A stretch of 64,000 nucleotides of DNA from Rhodosorus marinus CCMP1338 (lineage: Eukaryota; Plantae; Rhodophyta), in the NCBI GenBank assembly GCA_029953675.1, contig JAMWBK010000004.1, forward strand, positions 2,480,001 to 2,544,000. Direction: 5' to 3'. Numbering within the stretch: the first letter of the stretch is position 1; each line of letters begins with the position of its first letter. The notes under the pieces were generated by a model. That model was not told where the DNA came from and made no database searches. It was given only the letters and a program-made list of their open reading frames with translations. The position numbers and the translations under genes are program-made. This document shows positions 47,790 to 59,635 of this stretch, piece by piece.

Positions 47790-48210
47790 ATTTTGCATCG
47801 TTGTCGCGATGTCTATGTATGGATTGGTTTTAGATATCGTCTTGAGAGCTCAAGTCGACAAAAGACCTATCGACAAGGACAATGTCGTTTAACCTCTTCA
47901 ACATCCAAGGCATCCGCATCCCATCCAAGGACGTTCATCTGCCCTCATAGCGAGAAACTGGTTTCGCATCATTGTCGCAGATGTCCAGGTGCAGATTGGA
48001 CTTATTATAGTTTTTGAGGTTCCAAGTCGACGAAGGACCTATCGACAACGACACTGTCGTTTAGCCTCTTCAGCATCTAAGGCATCCGCATCCAATCCGA
48101 GAATTTCGATCTGACCTCAAACGGTGAAACTGATTTTGCATTTTGCATCATTGTCGCAGATGTCCATGTGGATTAGTTTCAGATATCATTTTGAGATTTA
48201 GTCGACGGGG
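47790..48210. repeat. Degenerate tandem repeat, ~172-175 bp period, ~2.5 copies
   Basis: TTGTCGC(A)GATGTC recurs at 47801, 47972 and 48151, and GTCGAC blocks at 47854, 48026 and 48201. The first two copies share a long, highly similar segment (AGTCGAC..ACCTATCGACAA..TGTCGTTTA.CCTCTTCA.CATC.AAGGCATCCGCATCC). Confidence 0.85.
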
Positions 48211-48446
48211 CAGGAGAGAGATTCATCCTTCGAAGGGTGGTGAGGGTGGCTAGATTCCGTTTAGAGGGATTGGGTTGGAGAGATCTTATCGTGCTTATGA
48301 ACATCTGAAGGAGAGAGAAGGATCTTAATGAGATCAAAACGGTAGCTTGTTTGAGGGGGGTTTGAGTGGCTAAATGGTTGCATTTGTGTATTTCTAGTGG
48401 AGGATTTTGTGATTTTTTTGGGAGGGTGAAGATTTTGGGGATCAAG

Positions 48447-50086
48447 ATGGGGATTGGGTTTGTTGGGAGTTTTGGAGGGCTTGAACGAGCTCGTTCAGGG
48501 AGGAAAGTAGAGAGGAAGAGGAAGGTGTCGGTGACGATGGTTTTATCAGATTTTCTGGGGGCTGCGGGTGAATACCCGATCGTACCGAGTCCTGTCGCGC
48601 CGGTTTTTCCCCGTGGAGATCCGCTGGTGGTCGATACGAGCGTGAAAGTGGAGGAGGTTGACGGAATCAGGGGGCTTGTTGTGACCAAGGATGTGGAGAA
48701 AGGAGATCTGCTTGCAAGTTTGAAGAGAAGTGAGGTGATAAGCGTTGAGAGAAAATTCTCCAGGGGTTCCCCCCTTGAGGAGGAAGCGGAAAGAGTCCTT
48801 TTTCTTCGAAGGTCGTTTTGGGGGGAAGAACTACGCGTCGTTGGAGATTGGAGACTGAGGTTGGCACTGAAATTACTGATAGAAACACGAACAAACACAG
48901 AGCTCTTACCGTACTTTGCGCTGTTGCCGAAGGAGACCGGTGTGCCAGTCTTCTGGAACCGCACAGAGGTTACTGAGCTGCAACACTTTGAGCTACAGAA
49001 GCGAATCCTCAGGCAAAAGGTGCAATGGGAAACGGTGAGCTTTTATCATTTTCTTCCTCGATGTGGTTCTATCACAGTTTTATCCGCTTGTGCTGGGCTG
49101 AAAAACGCCGGAAAGCCTTTAGCCGTTATCGTCTATTGCTGGCTAATACTCGGTTTTTGATTCTGCCGTTTCCACAGATTTGCGAACTCATCATGCAAAA
49201 CTCTTCAGCCCTAGATGTCCGAGAAGTTCTATGGGCGATGGATATCGTAAGATCAAGGGCTTTCAGCGGAGAGTTTCAGCAACGTTCGTCCCTCGTCGCC
49301 ACCTTCGCTGCTTGCTGGACAGCTGGCCTGGCCCTTCCGCTCCTCAGCAATGTGAATACGGACCTGTCACTCGCTGGAACAGTTCTATTCATCGCCGGGA
49401 TTCTAGTGACTGAAGCGAGCGGTAAAAGGGCACGAAGACGTGGTTTCTTGGCTCCCATTGCGGACATGATGAACCACTTTAGCGGCGCGACGACGGGGCT
49501 AACTTACGATGCGTTCTCGGACTCTTTTCAAGTCCGCGCTGGCGAAAAGATTAAGAAGGGGTCTGAGGTTTTGTTTGACTACAACGAGAAAGGATACAGT
49601 CGGCCTAACGACGAACTGTTGCAATACTATGGATTCGTAAACGAGGAAAACAAGACAAGAACGTACCTGATTTGTGATACCTTGAACCAGTTTTTTGATG
49701 AAAAACGCTTTGGTGTACCACGGAGGCGAATTCGCGAGCTCAAGGTGACCAAGAAGCGGCTGAAGAGGCGTTCGGTCGATGGTGGAGGTGTAGTGTTGAG
49801 CATCGATGTAGACGGAAAAGCTTCATTCAACGACAGGTTTATAAACCTTGTAAAGAAGCTGGAACCCTCCAGGACGAGGAGACGACAGTTGGTGGCTCAC
49901 ATATGTAGAAGGGAGCTCGAGCAGATGCCGACAACTATTGAAGAGGACAGGATAATAAGATCCAACCTGCGATCACAAAGACCGCCTAATCCCAGAAAAT
50001 TACTCGCTGTCAACTACCGGATAGAAAACAAGCGGCTCCTGATGGAAGCTGCAGAGTACTTTTTACGGAACGACAACGAGTCTTGA
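48447..50086 (+). CDS. SET-domain protein of the Rubisco LSMT-like family, plastid-targeted
   Basis: Exons 48447-49034 and 49178-50086. MGIGFVGSFGG transit; GIRGLVVTKDVEKGD; PYFALLP; P.FW; WAMDIVRSRAF; PIADMMNH; Y..PNDELLQYYGF; C-terminal TTIEED substrate-binding region. Confidence 0.9.
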
Positions 50087-50570
50087 TAGCGTGCCGATCC
50101 CAACGGAAGCCTTGCTTCTGCGAATGACTGACTTAGCACAAGAGTACACAAAGACCTTGGAGATACTGACTACAAAAGAAATTATAAAAGGATATTAAAG
50201 AATCTGTATCCTCTCTGTACGCTTTATACCTTCCTTTCGCCCTAGACACCGTCGCATCAAGAGTCCGTCAATGAAGGGCAAGATTATTGTCGCACTTTTG
50301 ACGTGGAGTTCCACGGCACGCGCTTATGATGAAGACTGCGGTGAAGGAAAACCTCGCGCGATCACGTAAACGCATGGCATGCTTTTCTCTCTCTGAATAT
50401 GCTTCCTCGCAACTCTCCGATGCCGCTGTTCGCTTTAAGCGTATTGCGAGCGTCACCGGGAGCGCGCGCCGTCCTGGTCGCCCCTCCCGGTCCTCCACTT
50501 AGACCAGATAATGGTACAAAACGGCAACAGACTGGATGACACGTTCGAACAATTTCGTGAGCTTTTCGGT

Positions 50571-51686
50571 CTAGTCCTCCATGTTGCTGAATACTGCGTC
50601 AACGTCATCAATGTCCTCGAGCAACTGAATGATTGGGATAACGACAAGAGCGCGAGATTCAGACGGGAGCGCTTTTTTTAAGCGCTTGTGTTTGCTTGTA
50701 GTTTGCTGTCGTACCTCAATTGCAGTCGTGTTCTTGTCCGCGTCAGCATCTTCGATAGTGACTGTAGTCTTGGGAATAAGCTCAAGAGCACTGCTGTCGA
50801 CGCTCAAGCCCGATGCAATGAGGACCTTTCGAACCGCGTCAAAGTTCTGTACTTCAGTGATTACCGTACAAATTTCATCTTCCATCAAGCAATCCTCTGC
50901 TCCCGCCTGATAAGAGGGATTGAGGTTAGATGTCGAGACGTTAGAACCATCTTGTCAGATTCGTTTGATGATCCTGAGGTGGGAAACTTACCTCAGCAGC
51001 TTCAAGAAAGAACTCATCGAAATCTTCTATAAGTTCGCTGCGGATCCTAATAACTCCTTTCCGATCAAAGTTGAAGCCGACCGAGCCTGGGGAAGCAATC
51101 TTGAGATTGTGCTTGTTTACGACCGCCCGGATTTCGGATGCCGCGCGGTTGTTGTTGTCCGTTAGCACATCGACAATTATTCCAACCTTTTTATACGCCA
51201 CAGAGACGAAATTTTTTGTATTACGTAAAATTTTCACGGTCAAACACAGTGCATTTGATCTCTTAAGCCCATCCATACCCCTCCATGCCCGTAAACCTCA
51301 AAAGTCGATTCCTTGTAGTCTGCCTGGTCTTTACTGGCTGCACGCTGAATGGCACGCTCAACATTATCTTTCGGGACGTTTGAGGCACGAGCTAGCTCAA
51401 GCACGTCGGCTAAACCCTTGTTCGTCTCAGCTTCAGCTCCTCCGGATTTAACCGCGGCGGTAATCAGCTTGCCTATCCTGGCATAAACCTTCACCTTCGC
51501 CCTATCTTGCTTCTCCTTCCTTCCCTTGATTTTTTCAGATCTCCTTCCCATCATCACCACCCTACTTCTTCCCCTCGAAGCCCGCTCAGATGCCCTCCTA
51601 GCCCCACAGACCTCAACCTTCCCATTGCCACCAGTCCCAAACCCTCCAGCCAATCCAACAAACCCTACCTCCCTCATCGTGCCCAA
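50571..51686 (-). CDS. YebC/PmpR/TACO1 family protein, plastid-targeted; 4 exons
   Basis: MGRRSEKIKGRK..D.AK.K.YARIGK; NVPKDNVERAI; EVYGHGGVGIIVDVLTDN.NR; GSVGFNFDRKG; LLEDIDDVDAVFSN. The start has a VGFVG transit motif. Confidence 0.92.
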
Positions 51687-52633
51687 AACCTGAAATCTTC
51701 GGAAACCTTCAACCTGTCTTCTAAGTACTTAAGCAGCCACAAAAGAAGCCAACAAAAAGATACAGAATACACCAGTACCAATTCCTTCCACTATGAAATC
51801 ACTCCCTCTACCACCTCCCCCAATGCTCAGTCCATCCTCCCAACGAACTCCATCGAGATCTTGCACAAGACTTTCTCTCAGTGTCATATCCGTTTTATCA
51901 TATTGACTGAATATCCATCTCAAAAATAAATGTTTTGGGTAAATATTTTATAAATAGACTGAATTATGTAGGTGATGGTTAGATAGATTTTTGCATGAGC
52001 GGATCTGGATACGGCTGATGTTACCGTCGTTGGCCAGGAATTCTGTGCTGTGAGAGCGGGTCCATGTGGAGCGGGAATTTTTGAGATGTTTGAGTGGATT
52101 TGGTGTGTGGGGTTTTTCTTTACTGTCAGACGTTGAAGAGGGTTTAGTCATAGGTTTGGTATGGGATGGGATAGGGAGACTCATTGCCTGAGTTGAGAGG
52201 CTAGATTGATGAGGACGATATTGCCGTCGTGTTCTGCTCACAGTTGAATTTTTAGTTATTCGCGCCTGGGCAGATTCGTTAGGGAAGATGTAGGTCAATG
52301 CGAATGTGGCGTTGATCGTTATTTGTGGTATTCTTGTTCTGTTAGAAATTAAAGCCTGTTGGTTTTGCACGATCTTGGGAGCTCTTTGCCTGGTTATTCT
52401 GCTAGATAAGCAAGCAGAAAGCAAATTTGCTGTTCAAGCCCGTGGGGTTTTGTTTGACCCAGGTTTTACTCGCGGTCAGGTTGCTCCTCTGCATGCTTCC
52501 TGGCACTTTGGCATCTTTTCTGATCTGTTATTTCGATTTAATTAGAAGAAAAATCTATGCTGCCTTTCATACAAGTCATTCTTTTTTAAGTGAGTCGTTA
52601 ACAAGAAACGGTTTTGCATGTATACGTATCCCC

Positions 52634-53645
52634 CTACACGACTTTCCTGGCTGAAATCCATGAATCCATTGCGGATTCAAATAGAATCGGATCCTCCGTT
52701 TCAGGATCGTGCGTAACGAGGTTCGGGAAAACAACCCTATCCGTTTTCGCGGGATTGAACAAAGCCATGAGCTTGTCAGAAAACTTGGCCGGGAGTGTCG
52801 CATCCCATGCTGACCACAGCAACAGAGTATGTGCCTCCGGAAGCAGATAAGCCTCCTTTCTCATGAGGTATCCACCAGATATCAAAACCAATCCAGCCAG
52901 CTGAAAATACCGAAACGTACAGGGAGCGAGAAAATGAGCGGAGTCGAGCAGAGAGTTCAGAAACTGGGCTAGTACATGGTTTTACATGCATGCTTGACCA
53001 AGACCGTAGATCGCAAGGATCTTGCGCAGTATTGTGTATTCATACCTTGTCGGTTAAGTCGTCCACCGTCGACTTCGGCCCCTTCGGGGTGTAAAGAAAG
53101 AAGTCGATCGCCGGCTTGAGGTTGAGCCCCTTTGAAATTACAATCAGGGTCCGTGAATCGCCAGTTTTAGTGATGCCTTCTTCATCGAGTATTCTCCTGA
53201 TCGCCTTCTTCCGCGCTCGTGGGTCTGATCCTCTCTTCAATGGCAACGTACTTTCCCCAAAGCCAGGCATGCTTATCATAAGTACCTTGCCGTACTTCGT
53301 CAAGACTCCTAAATTAGGTCTCCAGTGTTCCCACGTGGACTTCTCGTCCTCTCCATGAATACAAAGAATTAAAACATCATCCCGCTTCCCTGCGGCAACC
53401 TTCGCATGCAGAGTTCCATAATACCAATCGACATACATGTCCTCCAATATTCCATCAAACTTGGTAGCCCTGCGCAAATTCTTAACGTCAATTGTGCTCT
53501 CCACCTTCTTCGCAAACAATCCGGTTCCGTTTCCTTCCCCAGTAAACACTCGTATAAGAACCAGCAAGACCACGACCCCTCCCGCACCCAAAATTTTCAC
53601 TCCGAGATTGGACTTTCGCGGTGGCATCTTCGTGGAGCTCGGCAT
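52634..53645 (-). CDS. Type II membrane-anchored alpha/beta-hydrolase-fold protein, paralog 1; 2 exons
   Basis: N-terminal TM ILGAGGVVVLLVLIRVF; LCIHGE; ISMPGFGES. After an intron: LAGLVLISGGY..LLLWSAWD..VTHDPE. Confidence 0.75.
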
Positions 53646-55149
53646 GGTCTACTAAACGCGAGAAAATCAAAAACAAGTTACTCAACAGATCACGCCACCG
53701 CCCTCTGACTTCCCCTCAGTCCTTCCTAGCCGTCCAATAAAAACTTCGCGCGCGCCAAAAAGCTTTCCAACAAAGAACGAAGAAAGCCAAGATCCTTCCC
53801 CAAACGAACGAATGCAACCGTCAGATTGAAACTTCACAAGCTCAATCCGTCCTCTTCATTCCTATGACATCGAAATCGCCTGGTTTGCCTACGACCTACC
53901 ACACACTCATGACATCATCATCACCCATCAAAAAAAATTACCAAAAACGTTTTTTCCATACCAGACAAGCACTTCACGAGGTTTCCGTTGTCCTACCCAG
54001 GAAGCGCGGAATAGAAATGTAGCTAATCGTCATCATTAACATATCAAAATTATGAAGTACTTGAAGCGTAATTAGGTCCTCTACACTTGATTAAGACATT
54101 ATTTAGGCAGTAATATCTAATTTTAGTATATTTATATATTTGTAGACGTACAAGTTGGTGACGTTTAATTCAGGGTCTTGCGAAGGCGGGATCTGGCAAA
54201 CTGTCTCAACGAAAGACGTGTCCATGGGGAGCTATGAATTTCCTTTGTCTTTAAAAATGAATCGCTGTTGTGAAGTTTCCGCTGCCAGCCTGTATTCGCG
54301 GTACACCTTGAGCGTTGGACGGTTGCGGTGGTGGACAGAGGCGGAGACGAGGAAGAGGAGGAGGATGATTGTCCGCGAGGAACAGGAATAGGCCGTTGAC
54401 TCTCGAAGGGGTTTCCCCGAAGTCGTCCAAGACACGTCACCGCTACCTTGGGACTTTGTTTAAAGGCGTACACCACGGGCCATAGCCGAGGCGGGCTCTC
54501 AATGCCTTAGGAAAAGATCGATACGTCTGAGGGAAAGCAAAGGGACTATCGATTCTCTTCCTCCCCTTCAGCTTAAGTTTGGGGAACATTTGGGGTGAAC
54601 AATGTGAAGCTTCTGCTGCTATCCTGTATTCGAGCTACACCTTGAGTGAAGGAACCTACCGTTTCAGTTGCCCCTTGCTGCTATGCTTCTTTTTTGCACC
54701 GTTCCTCTATTACTACTTTGTCGGCGTTCTTTATGAAGGTTTTTCCTTAGTTTTTCCTATTTCCGCCTGCTAGATGTCTGCCTTTTCGCCTTCTTTACAG
54801 CAGGCACGTTCTCCATTTCTCTACTCTCCATCAGATAGATGTCAGCCAGGAAGTTACAACGCTGAAGAACCATTTGTCTTCAGGTGTCAGCTGGGTAGTG
54901 TCACAACCCTAGACAACCATTTGGTGATTAGGTGTCGAACGTATTTTGTTCTACATATATAGTCATTGTTGAGGCATTGGCAACGGAAAAGAGATGCTTG
55001 TAATAATCTCCATAGACTGTTTTTTGTAAGTTTTTTGGCCGCAGTTGAAGCGGATGGTGGTTTAAAGTTGGTTTTTTTTAAGTAATACAAGCTTCAGGGT
55101 GAGCAGTTCTCGGGGCTGCTTATGGATGCCATCATCCGTTTATTCAGAG

Positions 55150-55880
55150 CCTAACTACCCTAGGAAGCGAGAAACAAGAAGCTGATGACGCGCGACCAAC
55201 AATAAAGCAATTGTATGAACGCTAGAGGGTCAAAGAGAGCTCCGTGAGAAGGCTATCCAGACGCCCCGGGTCGCCATGAAATAGAGCACGGAGCTAACGA
55301 GAACCTACACTATCAGCAACGACGACAATTTATTCGGAACTAACTACCCTGAGGAGCGGGAAGGGAGACGCTGATGGCACGTGTCCAACAACAGAGTAGG
55401 GTTCGAACGCTGTGAGGAGGGTGGAAGACTACTTCTGTCGTCGCATCGAACCAGCTGCATCACCACGATGTTGTGCAGACGTGGGAAGATATCGTCCAGC
55501 CCGAGGACAAGGATTAGACAAGTCAAGATATTCACTCCTGCGAGAACCTGGGCCAGTGACCACCAAATCCCCCGCACTCTGCTTACACTATCAACTAAGC
55601 CAAAGCACTCAATGATGAGGGAAACAAACCGGTATGAGAATGCCGAGTCGCGAAGCGTAAAGTGTAACATCGGCTCAGTCTACTGGAATTTTTTCAATAA
55701 GCGCATTGACCGAACTGCGGCTCCACGGCGTCGAGCGGACGCACGGACGTACCTGGTTGGGTGGGGACAAGGAATAGAAAGGTCGACGTACTCACTTCGA
55801 CGAGCACTCAGGTCAGCCACCACCAGGTCCCACACCCGCTGCGCTACTGGGGCGTCAACTTCATCAGCAATTGCCGTTGC
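55150..55880. repeat. Degenerate direct duplications (three overlapping diverged units, spacing ~190-260 bp)
   Basis: CTAACTACCCT..GGA.GCG.GAA..GCTGATG.C.CG.G.CCAACAA occurs at ~55152 and ~55340. GGACAAGGA.TAGA.A.GTC.A..TA.TCACT occurs at ~55505 and ~55765. Confidence 0.75.
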
Positions 55881-56495
55881 CACCGGCAGAGGGACCTCAT
55901 ACTCCACTTCCCGGTCTGTACCGAGCGCCTGATAACGAAGGTAGCGGAACAGCAAGCGGGAAAGCCGCGTATGGCGTCGGCTCCGCCCCCCCCCCCGGAC
56001 CTCCGCACAGGACGCCAACAAGTGCCCACCAAAATCACCGGAATGCACGGGAGGGCCTGCACAGATCGCACCTCGAATCCCGCTCCACAGGCCATGGGGC
56101 ATGTGCAATGAATCACCGTGTCCAATTGGGACGATTGGATACTGGGTCGTGGTAGAAGATGAGCCCAAACCATGAGAGTTGAGGATAGATCCATAGGCAT
56201 TCTGCGCGGCTATTCTCCCCTGCTTGATTGAGCTGGAGCATACAACCAATGCTGTTTATTTTATGTTAAGGTACTTTCCTGGCGGTGTAACAATCGTCTT
56301 TTTGCAGTTTGCGCCTTCTCAGCCCATGTCATTTGGCTAATTCATGCCTCGTGTTCACCAGGCTCGAAGCTTGTCTTGCGGCGGGTTACCGCCATACGCC
56401 AGCTGCCCGTAAGCAAAACGTTCCCGGCAGATCTCATCTCAAAAATGCTCAAGTCTTGTTATTGACTGTAAATGGAGAGCCTAGACCGCTCTCCG

Positions 56496-57438
56496 TTATA
56501 TCACCTCTTTCTCATTTACCCATGACCGGAGAGCGGACTCAAACAGAAGCGGGCTCTCCTTTTGTGGAGCATGAGTTTTGAGCTTCGGCAGAACTATTCT
56601 GTCGGCAACCTCAAATTGGGTCAGCAGCTTATCCGAATGCTTGGCGTCAATGACTGGGTCGACTTCAGACCAAATAACGAGTACTTTCGAGTATCGCAGC
56701 ATCAGCTTTGAACTTTCTCCGTTGTACGCACCCGATACGATCACCATGCCTGCCAGCTACATGATCATTCGTTTTCCAAAGGTAAAGAAGGGCCTCAGTA
56801 CATGCTGGAAGACATTGATTAGAGCAAAAATTTCCTCAAAAGGTATCACGTACCCTCGGAGCAGCAACTGTTTTAGCAGAACCGAATCGGAAGTATTCAA
56901 TTGCTGGTCTGGTGTTTAAGCCCTTGGCGAGCATGATCATTTTTCGGTCGTCCCCTTCATCCAAAAATTTCAAAGTCTTGAGAATCAGTTCGATCGCAGA
57001 TTTTCGACATCGTGGATCTGATCCTCTTTTCTCTGGTAGAGTACTTTCACCAAATCCGGGCATATCCAGCATTACCACCTGGCCGTAGTCTGTGAGTACG
57101 CCAAGATTTTGTTCCCAATCCCGCCAGGTCGCGCCTTCCTCCTCTCCATGGATACATACAATCAAGACGTCATCCCTCTTGCCTTCGGCAACCACAGCAT
57201 GAAGATTTCCATAGTACCAATCTAAGTTCATGTCTTTCATCCCCTCTGACCTTGCTGATTGATCATATGCGGTGACCTCGTCGACAACTTTCAGCTGAAC
57301 AGTGCTGGTGGGGCTTCCAGACCACAAAACAGAACCCACACCGGTACCAGTCCAATACTGATGAACCAAAATCAGCGCCGCAACAGCCATCAAGCCTGCG
57401 ACCACCTTTCCGCCCGTCGACATGTTCTGTGCCACCAT
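56496..57438 (-). CDS. Type II membrane-anchored alpha/beta-hydrolase-fold protein, paralog 2; 2 exons
   Basis: TM VVAGLMAVAALILV; DWYYGNLHA..EGKRDDVLIVCIHGE; LDMPGFGES.LP.KRGSDPR. Exon 2 reads LAGMVIVSGAY..LVIWSEVD..KTHAPQ. Clearly homologous to 52634-53645. Confidence 0.75.
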
Positions 57439-58463
57439 CTTAGGAGAAACCAAACCGCCCCAAAAAAACAAAAATTACCGTGGGCCGATCACAAACAAAA
57501 GTAAGTTATTGCTTTCACAAGTCCAGCAAACCACACAGAATCTTTCTGAACGGTAATAAATTAAGAACCGAAAAATTCACTCCTCTTTCAATTCGAACCC
57601 ACTTCTCCCTCCATCATCAACCCCCTCCCCACCTCCCCCTCCTCACCAAACACCCACCCAACGGAAAAACCCCAAACAAAACCACCTCTGATAAGCACAT
57701 TCCCAACCAAACCTTCAAAATATTATTCACAAAACAAAAATCGTTTCCATAAATCCTTTCAAGAGCCACCATTACCTGGACTTCATTGAAAGCTTTGAAA
57801 ATGTAGTATTAATTCAAGAAAAGTTGAGGGTCTCCTGTTCTTCTATCTAAAAGTGTGTAATTTCGACGGTGAATGAAGAAGCTTTTAATCGCGGTAAGAA
57901 TTCAACGGTAGTTGCACACGTCCTATTATGATTGGTTAAACGTATTTATAATTTCGTTGTTTTTGAAGTTACTGGAGTAAAAAATAGTTTATTTAAATGT
58001 TTAGCACGTGTCCCTTTGGCGATTGTTTTGGGAAAGAAAAGTTGGAAGTTTTATTTGTTTACTCAGGTGGGGTGGACCGGGCGAAATTTGCTTTGTTTAA
58101 GCAGGGCGCTACGGAAATTTGGGGGCGAAGTGAGGATATTGGAAGGGATGAATGGCTGGACACGTGAGTGTGATCACTCACGGTTTTGAGTATTGCTAGC
58201 GCCTCATTTAGTTCTAGATGACTGTTCAGAAGAGACTGAACTCTGAGAGCAGTGCGCTCCGTTCCCGGCTCAGACATGTCTAGTTTTGGGGCTGTCGTTG
58301 AGCCTGTCGAAGACAGAAAAGTACTATACACTAGTTTTTTTGGTCGCGGCGACACTTGGACGTACTTGGCGGAGCGGCTGGTCTATGTACTCATCCCTTC
58401 TGTACATAGAAGAGAAAGAAACCCTACGGAAATTTGAAGGGAAGTATGGTTTTCAGGTTAAAC

Positions 58464-59635
58464 CTATTCGGATCGAGGATATCCTTCGGGATTCTGCGAC
58501 TGCCACCTCCAGACATCAGCGCACATATCATCCAGAGTTAGCTTTGCCTCCCAGTGCAAGAAGTCTCTCGCAAAGTCTGGGGAACAGTACAGTTCTGCAA
58601 TGTCGCCCGCCCGGCGTTCAACGAGTTTGTAAGGCAGGTCCTTTCCAGCAGCTTTTGAGAACGCCTTCACCATCTCCAAGACCGAAGCTCCTTTCCCGGT
58701 GCCCAGATTTACAGGTGTACAGCCAACTTTGCTGCTTGCTAGTTTTCTGAGGGCCTGGACGTGACCCTTAGCGAGATCCGTGACATGTATGTAGTCCCTT
58801 ACTCCAGTTCCATCCGGTGTTGGGTAGTCATCTCCAAAAATGCTCAAGAACTCGCGCCGACCAACAGCAACCTGAACGGAGGTGAATGAAGGACGAAAAC
58901 AGGAAATCCGACGATTTAATAACAGTTTCTATCCCGAACATCCCGTGGCAGCTTCCCAAATGCTACGCTCGGTGTAGTCGCGTTTGCTCTTACCTGAGCA
59001 ATGAACGGCATAAGGTTGTTCGGTATTCCGGATGGATCCTCTCCAATCCTTCCACTCTCGTGAGCGCCAACAGGGTTGAAGTAGCGAAGGATGACAATGT
59101 TCCACTCAGGATCTGAAGTGTGAACGTCTCGGAGAAACTCCTCAATAAATAGCTTCGTTCGTCCGTACGGATTGGTGGAACCGAGCTGGGTGTCTTCAGA
59201 GACAGGCATTTTATCCGCCATGCCATAAACGGTCGCGGACGATGAAAAGACAAAATTCTTGCAGCCGTAGGCCGTGCAGAGCCGCAACAGATTCAGTGTT
59301 CCGGTGAGATTGTTCTCGTAGTACATCAAGGGAATCTTTACTGACTCCCCGACAGCCTTCAAGCCCGCGAAATGAATGCAGGCGATAAACTCATGTTCCT
59401 TGAAAACATTTTCCAGTTTATCGAAATGCAAGAGATCCACCTCCAAGAACTCGATGCAATCCTGCTTGCCCGTGATTTCACCAACGCGTTTCAAAGACTC
59501 CTCCGAGCTGTTCGCAAGGTTATCCACCACAACTGCCTTATAGCCAGCCTGAACCAGCTCCAAAACAGTGTGAGATCCAATATATCCGCTTCCACCCGTC
59601 ACCAAAACCGTTCCTAAACCACCAACGTCCCCCAT
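58464..59635 (-). CDS. UGE: UDP-glucose 4-epimerase
   Basis: [14 protein letters not shown]; [11 protein letters not shown]; FSSSATVYG; YGRTK; [10 protein letters not shown]; [10 protein letters not shown], intron 58993-58872, then [33 protein letters not shown]. Confidence 0.97.

Noticed and set aside
48179-48964. 261-aa minus-strand ORF
   Set aside because: It is the Ser/Thr/Pro-rich antisense shadow of SET-gene exon 1.
51948-52545. ORFs between the YebC gene and hydrolase paralog 1
   Set aside because: The minus ORF is compositionally biased. The + strand hydrophobic ORF lacks a convincing start, splice model or recognisable motifs.
55183-55380. CTGATGA/CTGATGG as snoRNA C boxes in the duplicated units
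   Set aside because: I found no matching D box (CTGA) at a suitable distance and no terminal stems.
58252-58750. + strand ORFs next to and overlapping the UGE 3' end
   Set aside because: They are largely antisense to UGE, and the non-overlapping part is short with no recognisable family or consistent splice model.
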